DNA from: Saprospiraceae bacterium | GTDB taxonomy: Bacteria > Bacteroidota > Bacteroidia > Chitinophagales > Saprospiraceae | Direction of reading: 5' to 3' | Assembly: GCA_035292505.1 (NCBI GenBank) | Contig: DATDQA010000022.1 | Coordinates: 45,296 to 109,295 of the forward strand | DNA: 64,000 bases | Shown: one piece after another, positions 9,414-18,273 of the stretch | Layout: each line of letters starts with the position of its first letter | How positions within the stretch are numbered: position 1 is the stretch's first letter | Translations under genes and position numbers: made by a program | The notes under the pieces: generated by a model | Seen by the model: only the letters and a program-made list of their open reading frames with translations | What the model was told of the DNA's origin: nothing | Database searches by the model: none

Positions 9414-12056
9414 TCACGAATCAACATGTGCCGCCTTTTCCACAAATACCTTCGCATGTCGGAATGCAGCTTCAAGACCAGATGGATCACTGCCACCAGC
9501 ACTTGCGTAAAAAGGTTGGCCACCTCCCCCACCTTTGACATGCTTTGCAAGTTCGCGGATCATCTTTGATGCATCCAATAGACGGGCATCTACAAGTTGT
9601 TTGCTGATACCCAGATGTAAATACACCTTTCCATGATCCACACATCCCAGAAGTACAACTGTATTTGGCATCATGGCGGTGAGTCGAAAGACAAGATCTT
9701 TAAATGCTTTTGCATCAGTTACGGATACTTCCCGTATAATGCATGTGATTGTTCCGACCTTTTCAGCATTGACAGAAAGTTCTTTTTCAAGTATCGCAAC
9801 TTTTTCACGCTGAAGATCTTCAATCTGTTTTCGCAGTTGTTTATTCTCGTCCAGGAGATTGTTCAGGTTGCCGATAAGATCAGCAGGATGTTTGAGTATC
9901 GCAGATACTTCTTCGAGTCGATGCAGCTTTTCATTCACAAATTCTTCAGCAGCATCGGCAGTCACGGCTTCAATCCGTCGCACACCGGCTGCAATAGCTG
10001 ATTCCGATATGATTTTAAGGAGCCCGATCTTGCCGGTATTCGATACATGACAGCCACCGCACAATTCGATGCTGTATGCGGGATCAAAAGTGATCATCCG
10101 AACAACATCACCGTATTTCTCACCAAAGAGCATCATGGCGCCGGCCTCTTTTGCTTTTTCAATAGGTACCCGCTCCTCTTTTCTCGCCACATTGCTGCGT
10201 ATCTTTTCATTGACCAGTTTCTCCACAGCTTGTATTTCTTCAGGGGTCATTTTCTGAAAATGCGAAAAGTCGAAGCGCAGATGTTTGTCATTGACCAGAG
10301 AACCCTTTTGTTGTACATGTGAGCCGAGTACTTTACGTAATGCCGCATGCAACAAGTGTGTCGCCGAGTGATTATTTTCGGTATGAAGTCGTTTAGTGCT
10401 GTCGATCTGTGCAGTCCAGTTGCCTTCTGTAATTGCAGGGATATTCTCAATGACAAGCAGTGGAAGCTCGTTTTCTTTGATGGTGTCCACCACGGGTATT
10501 TGGACTCCATCCATACTGAGCATACCTGTATCCCCTACCTGTCCACCTCCTTCAGGATAGAAGGGCGTTTTGTCCAAAACGACATGATAGATGCTACGTC
10601 CTTTTGCATTGACCTGCCGGTATTTCAAAATCTTCGCGCCTTCGACTATATGGTGATCATATCCGACAAATTCACTATTACCTTCCAGGAGCACGACCCA
10701 ATCACCGAGTGTACGCTGTGCATCCTCACGCGAACGATTCTTCTGATCTGCAAGTGCTTTTTCGAAACCACCTGTATCTACATGATATCCGCGTTCCATA
10801 GCCATGAGTTGTGTAAGATCGAATGGAAAGCCATAGGTATCATAGAGTTCGAAGGCATCACTTCCCGCAATGATGCCATCTGCAACATCAAGAGTATCAA
10901 ATCGGCGGATACCTGCATCGAGCGTGCGCAAGAATGATTGCTCTTCTTCGCGGATCACCTTTGCAATAAAATCTTCCTGAGCTGTGGCATCTGGAAATGT
11001 GTCGGAAAAATATTCTGCAAGCAATGGCATCAATCTGTACATGAGCGGTGCTCTCACGTCGAGAAATGTATAGTAATATCTCACTGCTCTTCGCAGAATT
11101 CGTCTCAGCACATATCCCGCGCCTGTATTTGAAGGAAGCTGACCATCCGCAATACCAAAGAACAGCGCACGTGCATGATCAGCAATGACACGCATGGCAA
11201 TATCGGATTGTGACTTACCTGTATAATCGCCGGTATAGTCTATCCCCGTCGCTTGGGAAATGAAATGGAGATAGGGTTCAAAGATGTCCGTGTCATAATT
11301 TGACTTCTTGCCTTGCAATGCTCTTGTCAGACGTTCAAAGCCCAAGCCCGTATCGACATGTCTTTGCGGAAGAGGTTCAAGAGTGCCTTCTGCTTTCCTG
11401 TTGAATTGAATGAAGACAAGGTTCCAGAGTTCTACAACCTCCGGATCGCCCAAGTTCACTAATTGATCTCCGGACTTGTGTGCCCTTTCATTCTCTGCTC
11501 TGAGATCGTAGTGAATTTCTGAGCAAGGTCCACATGGACCTGATTCACCCATCTCCCAGAAGTTGTCCTTCTTTCCAAAATCAAGAATGCGATCATTTGC
11601 AATCCACTTCGTCCAATATTGTTTTGCTTCTGTATCCGCACTCAGGCCCTCCTCGATATCGCCTCCGAATACCGTGACATATATTCTATCTTTCTTCAGT
11701 CCATAGACTCCCGTCAACAGCTCCCATGCCCAGGCAATGGCTTCTTCCTTGAAGTAATCACCGAAAGACCAGTTACCGAGCATTTCAAACATGGTATGGT
11801 GATAACTGTCGCGGCCAACTTCTTCAAGATCATTGTGTTTACCGGATACCCGGAGGCATTTCTGAGTGTCCGTAATCCGTAAGGCAGTTGGTTTGCGATT
11901 GCCAAGGAAGAAATCCTTGAACTGATTCATTCCTGCATTTGTAAACATCAGCGTAGGATCATCCTTCACAACCATTGGTGCGGAGACTACAATCCGGTGC
12001 TGCTTTGATGCAAAAAAATCCAGAAAAGCCTGTCTTATCTTCTTCGAATCCAGCAT
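9414..12056 (-). CDS. alaS: alanine--tRNA ligase
   Basis: MLDSKKIRQAFLDFFASKQHRIV...FTNAGMNQFK...HHTMFEMLGNWSFGDYFK, editing-domain HSATHLLH and CGGCHV. Start placed at residue M45 of track ORF 9414..12188 by frame arithmetic. Confidence 0.95.
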   Translation of the reverse strand: MLDSKKIRQAFLDFFASKQHRIVVSAPMVVKDDPTLMFTNAGMNQFKDFFLGNRKPTALRITDTQKCLRVSGKHNDLEEVGRDSYHHTMFEMLGNWSFGDYFKEEAIAWAWELLTGVYGLKKDRIYVTVFGGDIEEGLSADTEAKQYWTKWIANDRILDFGKKDNFWEMGESGPCGPCSEIHYDLRAENERAHKSGDQLVNLGDPEVVELWNLVFIQFNRKAEGTLEPLPQRHVDTGLGFERLTRALQGKKSNYDTDIFEPYLHFISQATGIDYTGDYTGKSQSDIAMRVIADHARALFFGIADGQLPSNTGAGYVLRRILRRAVRYYYTFLDVRAPLMYRLMPLLAEYFSDTFPDATAQEDFIAKVIREEEQSFLRTLDAGIRRFDTLDVADGIIAGSDAFELYDTYGFPFDLTQLMAMERGYHVDTGGFEKALADQKNRSREDAQRTLGDWVVLLEGNSEFVGYDHHIVEGAKILKYRQVNAKGRSIYHVVLDKTPFYPEGGGQVGDTGMLSMDGVQIPVVDTIKENELPLLVIENIPAITEGNWTAQIDSTKRLHTENNHSATHLLHAALRKVLGSHVQQKGSLVNDKHLRFDFSHFQKMTPEEIQAVEKLVNEKIRSNVARKEERVPIEKAKEAGAMMLFGEKYGDVVRMITFDPAYSIELCGGCHVSNTGKIGLLKIISESAIAAGVRRIEAVTADAAEEFVNEKLHRLEEVSAILKHPADLIGNLNNLLDENKQLRKQIEDLQREKVAILEKELSVNAEKVGTITCIIREVSVTDAKAFKDLVFRLTAMMPNTVVLLGCVDHGKVYLHLGISKQLVDARLLDASKMIRELAKHVKGGGGGQPFYASAGGSDPSGLEAAFRHAKVFVEKAAHVDS

Positions 12057-12366
12057 TAACTTCTTATTGACAATGAGCCGGCAAAAATAACGTTTATCGC
12101 ATCGTATCTGGTAACCACACGGGAAATACAGTGATTGCTTGTTGATTTGGAATGAAATGAATCCGGCATCCAGACGAGAATGACCCATATTCCATCAAAA
12201 ACACAGGCAATTTTTCCGGGAATACGTTTGGATTCTCGTAAATGCGTTCTATTTTTGCGCATCTTCCCTGATCCCTGACATATCGGTTTTTAACTGTGGA
12301 TCTATTACCAGGAGCTGACTGTAGAGCGATTGGTAACTAACTTGAGAACATTGTATATCTATTCTA

Positions 12367-13350
12367 ATGAGCAGTCAGAAGTATTACTACAACTCCCATA
12401 CGCTTCAGTTTGAGGAGTACCGCCTGCCCCTGAAAAAAAGATTCTATCGCTCAATCGGTCTTACCAGTGCGATTCTTGTGACGGCTTTTGGTGTCTATTT
12501 CCTCGTGTATATGTTTTTCCCGTCACAAAAAGAAAGAGCCTTATTGCGCGAGATAGATCAAATGAAGTATGAGTATGGGGTCGTGACTTCTCATTTGGAT
12601 CAATTAGCCTCTCGTCTGGATCAAATTCAGGAACGAGATGCAGACGTGCACCGCTTTATGCTCGGTATGGAACCTATTGACTCTACGGTATGGGTAGCTG
12701 GTGTAGGCGGGTATGAGAGGTATGCTTCTCTGATGCAGTTTCGTCATAGCGGAGAGATGATGACCCAGACCAGGAGAAGAGTAGACCAGCTTGCACGACA
12801 GATGGAACTGCAGGCAAGTTCTCTTGATTCCATTGAAATAATGGCTCTTGAAAAGGAAGAGAAACTCGCTTCGATTCCCTCAATCAAACCTGTACGTATC
12901 GATCTGCTGAGACGTAATGTCACGCTGCTTTCAGGCTTTGGGATGAGGGTACATCCGATACATAAGGTGCGGAAAATGCATACTGGTATTGATTTCACAG
13001 CACCTACAGGGACAGCAATTCAGGCTACCGGAAACGGAGTCGTCACAGCAATCAAGGAAAGTGGTTCTGGCTATGGGCTTCATGTGATCCTTGATCATGG
13101 GTTCGACTATCAGACACTATATGGTCATTTGTCTGATGTGCATGTCAAGATCGGTGAGGAAGTGAAGAAAGGACAACAAATCGGTACGGTCGGTAGTTCT
13201 GGAACAGCGACGGCTCCACACTGTCATTACGAAGTACACTACAATGGTGTTCCTGTTGACCCCATTCATTATTGTCTTGACAGGCTTACACCACAAGAAT
13301 ATAAGTTGATAGTAGATCAGGCCGCAGTGGCCAATCAATCATTCGATTAA
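12367..13350 (+). CDS. M23-family (LytM-type) metallopeptidase with N-terminal TM anchor and coiled coil
   Basis: HTGIDFTAPTGTAI...GYGLHVILDHG...YGHLSDVHVKIGEEVKKGQQIGTVGSSGTATAPHCHYEV (HxxxD and HxH zinc motifs). Confidence 0.88.
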   Translation: MSSQKYYYNSHTLQFEEYRLPLKKRFYRSIGLTSAILVTAFGVYFLVYMFFPSQKERALLREIDQMKYEYGVVTSHLDQLASRLDQIQERDADVHRFMLGMEPIDSTVWVAGVGGYERYASLMQFRHSGEMMTQTRRRVDQLARQMELQASSLDSIEIMALEKEEKLASIPSIKPVRIDLLRRNVTLLSGFGMRVHPIHKVRKMHTGIDFTAPTGTAIQATGNGVVTAIKESGSGYGLHVILDHGFDYQTLYGHLSDVHVKIGEEVKKGQQIGTVGSSGTATAPHCHYEVHYNGVPVDPIHYCLDRLTPQEYKLIVDQAAVANQSFD

Positions 13351-13360
13351 TCTACTTCCT

Positions 13361-13584
13361 TTACCGTCGACTGCGCCGATTACGGTCATGATTTCTCTGC
13401 CACTGCCATTTACCGTCCTTTGTGGTAAAAAATAGAAATACCATAGACCCTTTGAAATCGCTTGTGGTTGAATTATTTTAAAACAGCTTTGAATGTGGAC
13501 TCACGGTTTTTTTACCGTATGCGATCTTTATTAAAACTCGACTTGTCTCACTTTCGCTACCAATCGTGTTTATGCAATTACCGT
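13361..13584. repeat. Cluster of TTACCGT heptamers and CTTTGAA..TGTGG units in a 272-bp convergent intergenic region
   Basis: Exact TTACCGT at 13361-13367, 13410-13416, 13512-13518 and 13578-13584. Variant TTACGGT at 13380-13386. ACGGT-T6-ACCGT hairpin at 13503-13518. No ORF longer than 15 codons on either strand. Confidence 0.6.
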
Positions 13585-13622
13585 ATTTATCAGCATGTGA
13601 TCTATTGATAGGACGTGTACAC

Positions 13623-13973
13623 TTATTTCTCGTCGTCAGAGGGTAATGATTTACGGAGTTGCATGAGACCGTCTTTGACCTTTACGAGACGTGTGATGAC
13701 TTCCTGCCGCGCCAGCAGGTTTTTCTTTTGTGCCTTGATTTCCAGCTTTGCGCCTTCGATCGTAAATCCTCTTTCTTTAAGCAAGTGGTGAATAATCAAC
13801 AGTTGTTCGATATTCTCCTTCGTGAATCGGCGATCGCCTTTCTGGTTTTTGCGCGGACTCAGGAAATCGAACTCAGTCTCCCAATATCGAATCAGCGACT
13901 TAGATACTCCGAGCATAGCAGCTACCTCGCCGATGGAGTAATAGAGTTTCTCCAGTTTATGGATTTCGATCAT
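13623..13973 (-). CDS. MerR-family transcriptional regulator
   Basis: N-terminal HTH YSIGEVAAMLGVSKSLIRYWETEF followed by a coiled-coil dimerisation helix. 116 aa. Confidence 0.85.
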   Translation of the reverse strand: MIEIHKLEKLYYSIGEVAAMLGVSKSLIRYWETEFDFLSPRKNQKGDRRFTKENIEQLLIIHHLLKERGFTIEGAKLEIKAQKKNLLARQEVITRLVKVKDGLMQLRKSLPSDDEK

Positions 13974-14041
13974 ACTTCAGGTTAAAATTGATTCTGTAAA
14001 TCAAATCTTTACACAATCCAATTTCATGTATAACAAGAATT

Positions 14042-14049
14042 CAAATTTA
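14042..14049 (-). promoter_or_regulatory. Candidate Bacteroidota -7 promoter box (TAAATTTG, consensus TAnnTTTG) upstream of the MerR-family gene
   Basis: Plus-strand CAAATTTA at 14042-14049, which is TAAATTTG on the minus strand, about 70 nt upstream of the ATG. A weaker AAGATTTG lies at 14002-14009. Confidence 0.3.
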
Positions 14050-14241
14050 GGAGATTCCTTGAATTAACCAAGTCTGGGTGTGACCGAAGAGGTTCTGCAC
14101 TCGCAATGCAATTCGAGTTCTCTGCTTTGCTGCCTACAAATAAGTCAGATTGTATCCAACACATATGATAATTAACAAATGTACTTATGGTTGAAGATCT
14201 GCATATTGACATCAATAACATTGCACACTTGCGATTCTTCC

Positions 14242-14856
14242 TTATTGACCAAGGGCCATCCGGATGGCACAACTCCTCAGATCTTCTTCAACATTCGAAG
14301 CGATAATCACGGTCTTGTTTCTACCAAAGTGATCCAGCATGGCATGAAACCAGCGGATTCCCGAGGTATCGAGATTAGATGTTGGCTCATCCAGGAGGAG
14401 CAGGGATGCTTGTGTACAAAGGGCAAAGGCCAGACGGAGTCGCTGTTTCATACCGCTTGACATCAACTGTAGCTGTTGGTCAGCGCGAAACTCAAAATTC
14501 AGCTCCCTGCAAAAGGATGCGTATTCCGCGACGTCTGGATGGAAAGCCCTGAACTGACTGTGAAAACGGAACGCTTCCATAAGTGTCATCTCCTCAATCA
14601 TCTCAGCATAAGGCGCTGTAAGGATCAAGTGCATAAAAAGTTTATCTGGGGAAATGTGGGCATTATCAATCAGATATCTGATCACGCCTTCCGACGGGTA
14701 TAATGCCCCGGAAATGATCTTGAGCAATGTCGATTTACCCGCGCCATTCGGACCAGTGATCGCTACATGGGAATGAGACGGAATGACAGCTGAGAGGTTG
14801 CGGAACACCCAATGACTCGCATATCGTTTTGCCAGTCCGTCAATATGAACTTCCAT
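14242..14856 (-). CDS. ABC-transporter ATP-binding protein with no adjacent permease
   Basis: Walker A GPNGAGKST, signature LSSGMKQR, Walker B LLLLDEP, D-loop SNLD. Asn occupies the position expected for the H-loop His (VIIASN). Overlaps the lpxA 3' end by 17 nt. Confidence 0.85.
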   Translation of the reverse strand: MEVHIDGLAKRYASHWVFRNLSAVIPSHSHVAITGPNGAGKSTLLKIISGALYPSEGVIRYLIDNAHISPDKLFMHLILTAPYAEMIEEMTLMEAFRFHSQFRAFHPDVAEYASFCRELNFEFRADQQLQLMSSGMKQRLRLAFALCTQASLLLLDEPTSNLDTSGIRWFHAMLDHFGRNKTVIIASNVEEDLRSCAIRMALGQ

Positions 14857-15634
14857 TTAGCTGATTGGTATGCCGAAATCCCTTCATAATACCACGATCA
14901 GCCTTGCGCACAAAATCCAAGATCCGGTCGCGTTCAATAGAAGGTTCAATCGTTTTCTCTATGAGCTCCAAAGCTTTGGTGGTATTATTCCCCTGGACAT
15001 AGAGAATGCGATAAATGTCCTGGATATGATTGATTTGAGAATTCGTGAATCCACGGCGTCGTAATCCAATAGAGTTCACACCCACATAGCAGAGGGGCTC
15101 ACGCGCCGCTTTTACATATGGGGGCACATCCTTGCGCACTAACGAGCCTCCGCCTACCATGGCGTGCTCTCCTATCTTCACAAACTGATGTACCGCTGAA
15201 AGTCCACCGAGCACCGCATGGTCCCCAATATGAATATGTCCTGCGAGGCCAACACTGTTTGCGACAATACAATGCCTGCCAATGATACAGTCATGCGCTA
15301 CATGTACGTATGCCATCAATAAACTTGAATCACCAATTCTGGTGACCATTCCAGCTCTGGTGCCGCGATTGAGCGTGCAATACTCCCTGATGGTGACGTT
15401 GTCCCCGATTTCAAGGAGAGAATGCTCTCCGCCGAATTTGAGGTCTTGTGGGATTGCACCGACCACTGCACCTGGAAAAATCCGACAGTTGCGTCCGATC
15501 CTGGTACCATCCATGATCGAAACGTTGGGTCCGATCCAGGTACCATCACCAATCACGACATCCTTCCCAATCGTGGTGAATGGACCAACTTCGACACCTT
15601 CTCCAATCTGTGCTTCAGGATGAATGATCTTCAT
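14840..15634 (-). CDS. lpxA: acyl-ACP--UDP-N-acetylglucosamine O-acyltransferase
   Basis: Hexapeptide-repeat left-handed beta-helix (IHPEAQIGEGVEVGPFTTIGKDVVIGDGTWIGPNV...) with a C-terminal helical domain. Sits in an lpxD-lpxC/fabZ-lpxA context. Confidence 0.93.
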   Translation of the reverse strand: MKIIHPEAQIGEGVEVGPFTTIGKDVVIGDGTWIGPNVSIMDGTRIGRNCRIFPGAVVGAIPQDLKFGGEHSLLEIGDNVTIREYCTLNRGTRAGMVTRIGDSSLLMAYVHVAHDCIIGRHCIVANSVGLAGHIHIGDHAVLGGLSAVHQFVKIGEHAMVGGGSLVRKDVPPYVKAAREPLCYVGVNSIGLRRRGFTNSQINHIQDIYRILYVQGNNTTKALELIEKTIEPSIERDRILDFVRKADRGIMKGFRHTNQLNGSSY

Positions 15635-17036
15635 TATCAGTTTTATTCTCCGATCTTTTGACGATCTGTGCTGTCAACTCTCCTTCAGAAACAATTTTGT
15701 TTCCGACATATGCCGTCCCAAACATATGGCATATTCCGCGACGAATGGGTGAAAGCAACTCCATTTTCAGTACAAGGACATCACCGGGCACCACTTTTGA
15801 TTTGAATTTTGCCTGGTCAATTTTCAGGAAATATGTATCCCAATTCTCCGGATCTGGCTTTTGTGAAAGGACAAAGACACCACCGACTTGCGCTAATGCC
15901 TCTATCTGCAGGACGCCAGGAAAGACCGGATTATTGGGGAAATGTCCCTGGAAAAATGTTTCATTGAATGTCACGTTCTTCACACCTACCACATGTACAT
16001 CACTGAGCTCTACGATCTTATCTACGAGTAGAAAAGGATATCTGTGCGGGAGCAAACGATGAATAGCCACGACATCATAAATCGGCGGTACATCAGGATC
16101 AATCTTCGGCTTACCCCGAAGTTTGCGCTGCTCCATGTATTTCCTTTTCAGGACTTTGGCAAACTGCACGTTTGCAGTGTGTCCTGGCTTAGTCGCCATA
16201 ATCTTACCCTTGATAGGTCTTCCGATCAATGCAAGGTCACCCATCACATCGAGCAGTTTATGCCTCGCAGGTTCGTTCTCGAAATGAAGGTCAGTCGTAT
16301 TCAGGATCCCTTCTTTCTCGACCTTCACACTTGGTTTATTGAGTTTCTTCGCAAGCTTCTCCAACTCTTCCTGACCCATCAGACGGTCCACAATCACAAT
16401 CGCATTTGCCAGATCGCCTCCTTTGATCAGATTCTGACTTAGGAGCAAATCAAGTTCCCGCAGAAATACAAACGTGCGACATGGGGCAATTTCCACCTTG
16501 AACTCATCGATGCATTTGAGACTTGCATATTGATGGCCAAGAATGGGCGAATTGAAATCGATGAGTGTCGTGACTTCAAAATGATCTGATGGCAAGGCAA
16601 TGAGTTCTGTTCCTGTTGACTCATCGGAATACCGAATGGGTTCGGTGATTTCAAAGTACTCACGATCCTCTTCGAGGTCTACGAGGCCAGCTTCTTCCAC
16701 CATCTCCACAAAAGCCTGTGCACTACCATCCATGATTGGCACTTCGGGACCATCTATTTTGATGAGGACATTATCCACTCTCATACCCATGAGGGCAGCC
16801 ATAACATGCTCTACAGTACTTACCTGAGCATGGCCAAATCTGATCGTCGTTCCCCGGTTTGTGGAAGACACATTGCCAACATCTGCACTCAATATCGGAG
16901 CATCTTTGAGGTCGATGCGTTGAAACCGGATGCCATGATTAGCAGGTGCAGGGTGAAATGTCATTTTCACTTCCTTACCACTATGCAACCCAATGCCCTT
17001 CAGGGATACCGGGTTATGAATCGTCTTTTGCTTCAT
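15615..17036 (-). CDS. lpxC/fabZ: bifunctional UDP-3-O-acyl-GlcNAc deacetylase / 3-hydroxyacyl-ACP dehydratase (LpxC-FabZ fusion)
   Basis: N-terminal LpxC (GIGLHSGK...STVEHVMAAL...HKLLD..GDL). C-terminal FabZ hot-dog (LPHRYPFLLVDKI...HFPNNPVFPGVLQIEALAQ). This fusion is typical of Bacteroidota. Confidence 0.95.
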   Translation of the reverse strand: MKQKTIHNPVSLKGIGLHSGKEVKMTFHPAPANHGIRFQRIDLKDAPILSADVGNVSSTNRGTTIRFGHAQVSTVEHVMAALMGMRVDNVLIKIDGPEVPIMDGSAQAFVEMVEEAGLVDLEEDREYFEITEPIRYSDESTGTELIALPSDHFEVTTLIDFNSPILGHQYASLKCIDEFKVEIAPCRTFVFLRELDLLLSQNLIKGGDLANAIVIVDRLMGQEELEKLAKKLNKPSVKVEKEGILNTTDLHFENEPARHKLLDVMGDLALIGRPIKGKIMATKPGHTANVQFAKVLKRKYMEQRKLRGKPKIDPDVPPIYDVVAIHRLLPHRYPFLLVDKIVELSDVHVVGVKNVTFNETFFQGHFPNNPVFPGVLQIEALAQVGGVFVLSQKPDPENWDTYFLKIDQAKFKSKVVPGDVLVLKMELLSPIRRGICHMFGTAYVGNKIVSEGELTAQIVKRSENKTDNEDHSS

Positions 17037-17065
17037 TTCGTCAAAATCAAAAAAATCACTCCTGG

Positions 17066-18109
17066 TCAGTGTGGTTGTGTTTCCTTCAATACATTGATTT
17101 CGTGTTCGAGAGCTTCGATACGACGCAAGAGTGCCGGGAGTTCACGAAATATCGTATAAGATTGCAAGTAGTTACGATAGGGTAATGCAGGAGATCCATA
17201 TACTTTTTCGCCACGTTCAGAAATAGAACCAGCCACTCCACTTTGTGCCTGTACTTGTACATGATCTGCCACCTCGATATGTCCCACAAATCCTGCCTGC
17301 CCGCCGACAAGGACATTGCGGCCAATTTTTGTTGAACCAGCGATCCCAGCCTGCGCAGCGACTACAGTATTCTGACCGATTTCCACATTATGCGCAACCT
17401 GGATGAGATTGTCCAGTTTCACTCCTTTGCGAATCAATGTCGATCCCATTGTGGCCCGGTCGACGACTGTATTGGCACCAATTTCTACATCCTCCTCGAT
17501 GACAACATTGCCGACTTGGGCAATTTTGGTGTAGTGCCCGTTTTCTCCTTTCGAATATCCAAAACCGTCACTACCAATAACAGTATTCGCATGTATCGTA
17601 CAGCGATCTGCAATCAGACAGTGATGATATATAATCACGCCCGGATAGAGGATCACATTTTCACCAATTTCACAATGATCACCAATAAAAGTATGTGGAT
17701 AGATTCTGGATCCACTTCCGACTTTCACTCCTTTTGAGATCATGGCAAATGGACCGATATAAACATCTTCAGAGACGGTAGCTTCCGGGTGAATGCTCGC
17801 GAGGGATGATATGCCGTGTGGTTTTTCTCCTTGTTCATATTGGCTCAGGAGCATACCAAGGGAAGCATAAACATTCTCAACTCTGATCAGTGTTGCCTTC
17901 ACAGGGTTGGAGGGAATAAAAGCCTTATGAACAAGTACGACGGATGCATCTGTATCGTAGATGTAGATCTCGTACTTTGGGTTAGCGAGAAAACTGAGGG
18001 AGCCCTTTTGGGCTTCTTCGATTTTACTGGGACGTTCCACGATAACGTCGGGATTGCCCTCAAGTTCACCCTGCACGATCTGGCATAATTGCCGGGCTGT
18101 CAACTGCAT
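17066..18109 (-). CDS. lpxD: UDP-3-O-(3-hydroxyacyl)glucosamine N-acyltransferase
   Basis: N-terminal uridine-binding domain, long hexapeptide-repeat helix and C-terminal coiled helix. Operon context with lpxC/fabZ and lpxA. Confidence 0.93.
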   Translation of the reverse strand: MQLTARQLCQIVQGELEGNPDVIVERPSKIEEAQKGSLSFLANPKYEIYIYDTDASVVLVHKAFIPSNPVKATLIRVENVYASLGMLLSQYEQGEKPHGISSLASIHPEATVSEDVYIGPFAMISKGVKVGSGSRIYPHTFIGDHCEIGENVILYPGVIIYHHCLIADRCTIHANTVIGSDGFGYSKGENGHYTKIAQVGNVVIEEDVEIGANTVVDRATMGSTLIRKGVKLDNLIQVAHNVEIGQNTVVAAQAGIAGSTKIGRNVLVGGQAGFVGHIEVADHVQVQAQSGVAGSISERGEKVYGSPALPYRNYLQSYTIFRELPALLRRIEALEHEINVLKETQPH

Positions 18110-18273
18110 GGGCGCAAAAGTACGTGGTTTTTTGGGAGTTTAAAGGAAGTTGACAGGTATTGACTGGGCAGGCATTGCGAAAGCCACAGGGTTACGGAAT
18201 ATGCCTTGTTTTTATACAGTTAGAGGACAAACACCTATGAGTTGAGTTTAGATATTCTACTTCCATTCCCACT

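Noticed and set aside
18160-18215. Hairpin CAGGCAT...ATGCCTTG followed by TTTTTAT on the plus strand, preceded by two TTGAC motifs upstream of lpxD. Considered as a small plus-strand sRNA with its own terminator.
   Set aside because: The stem is only 6-7 bp with a 25-nt loop, and there is no supporting conservation or transcript evidence. The region is equally well explained as the lpxD promoter/5' region plus the M43 protease 3' flank.
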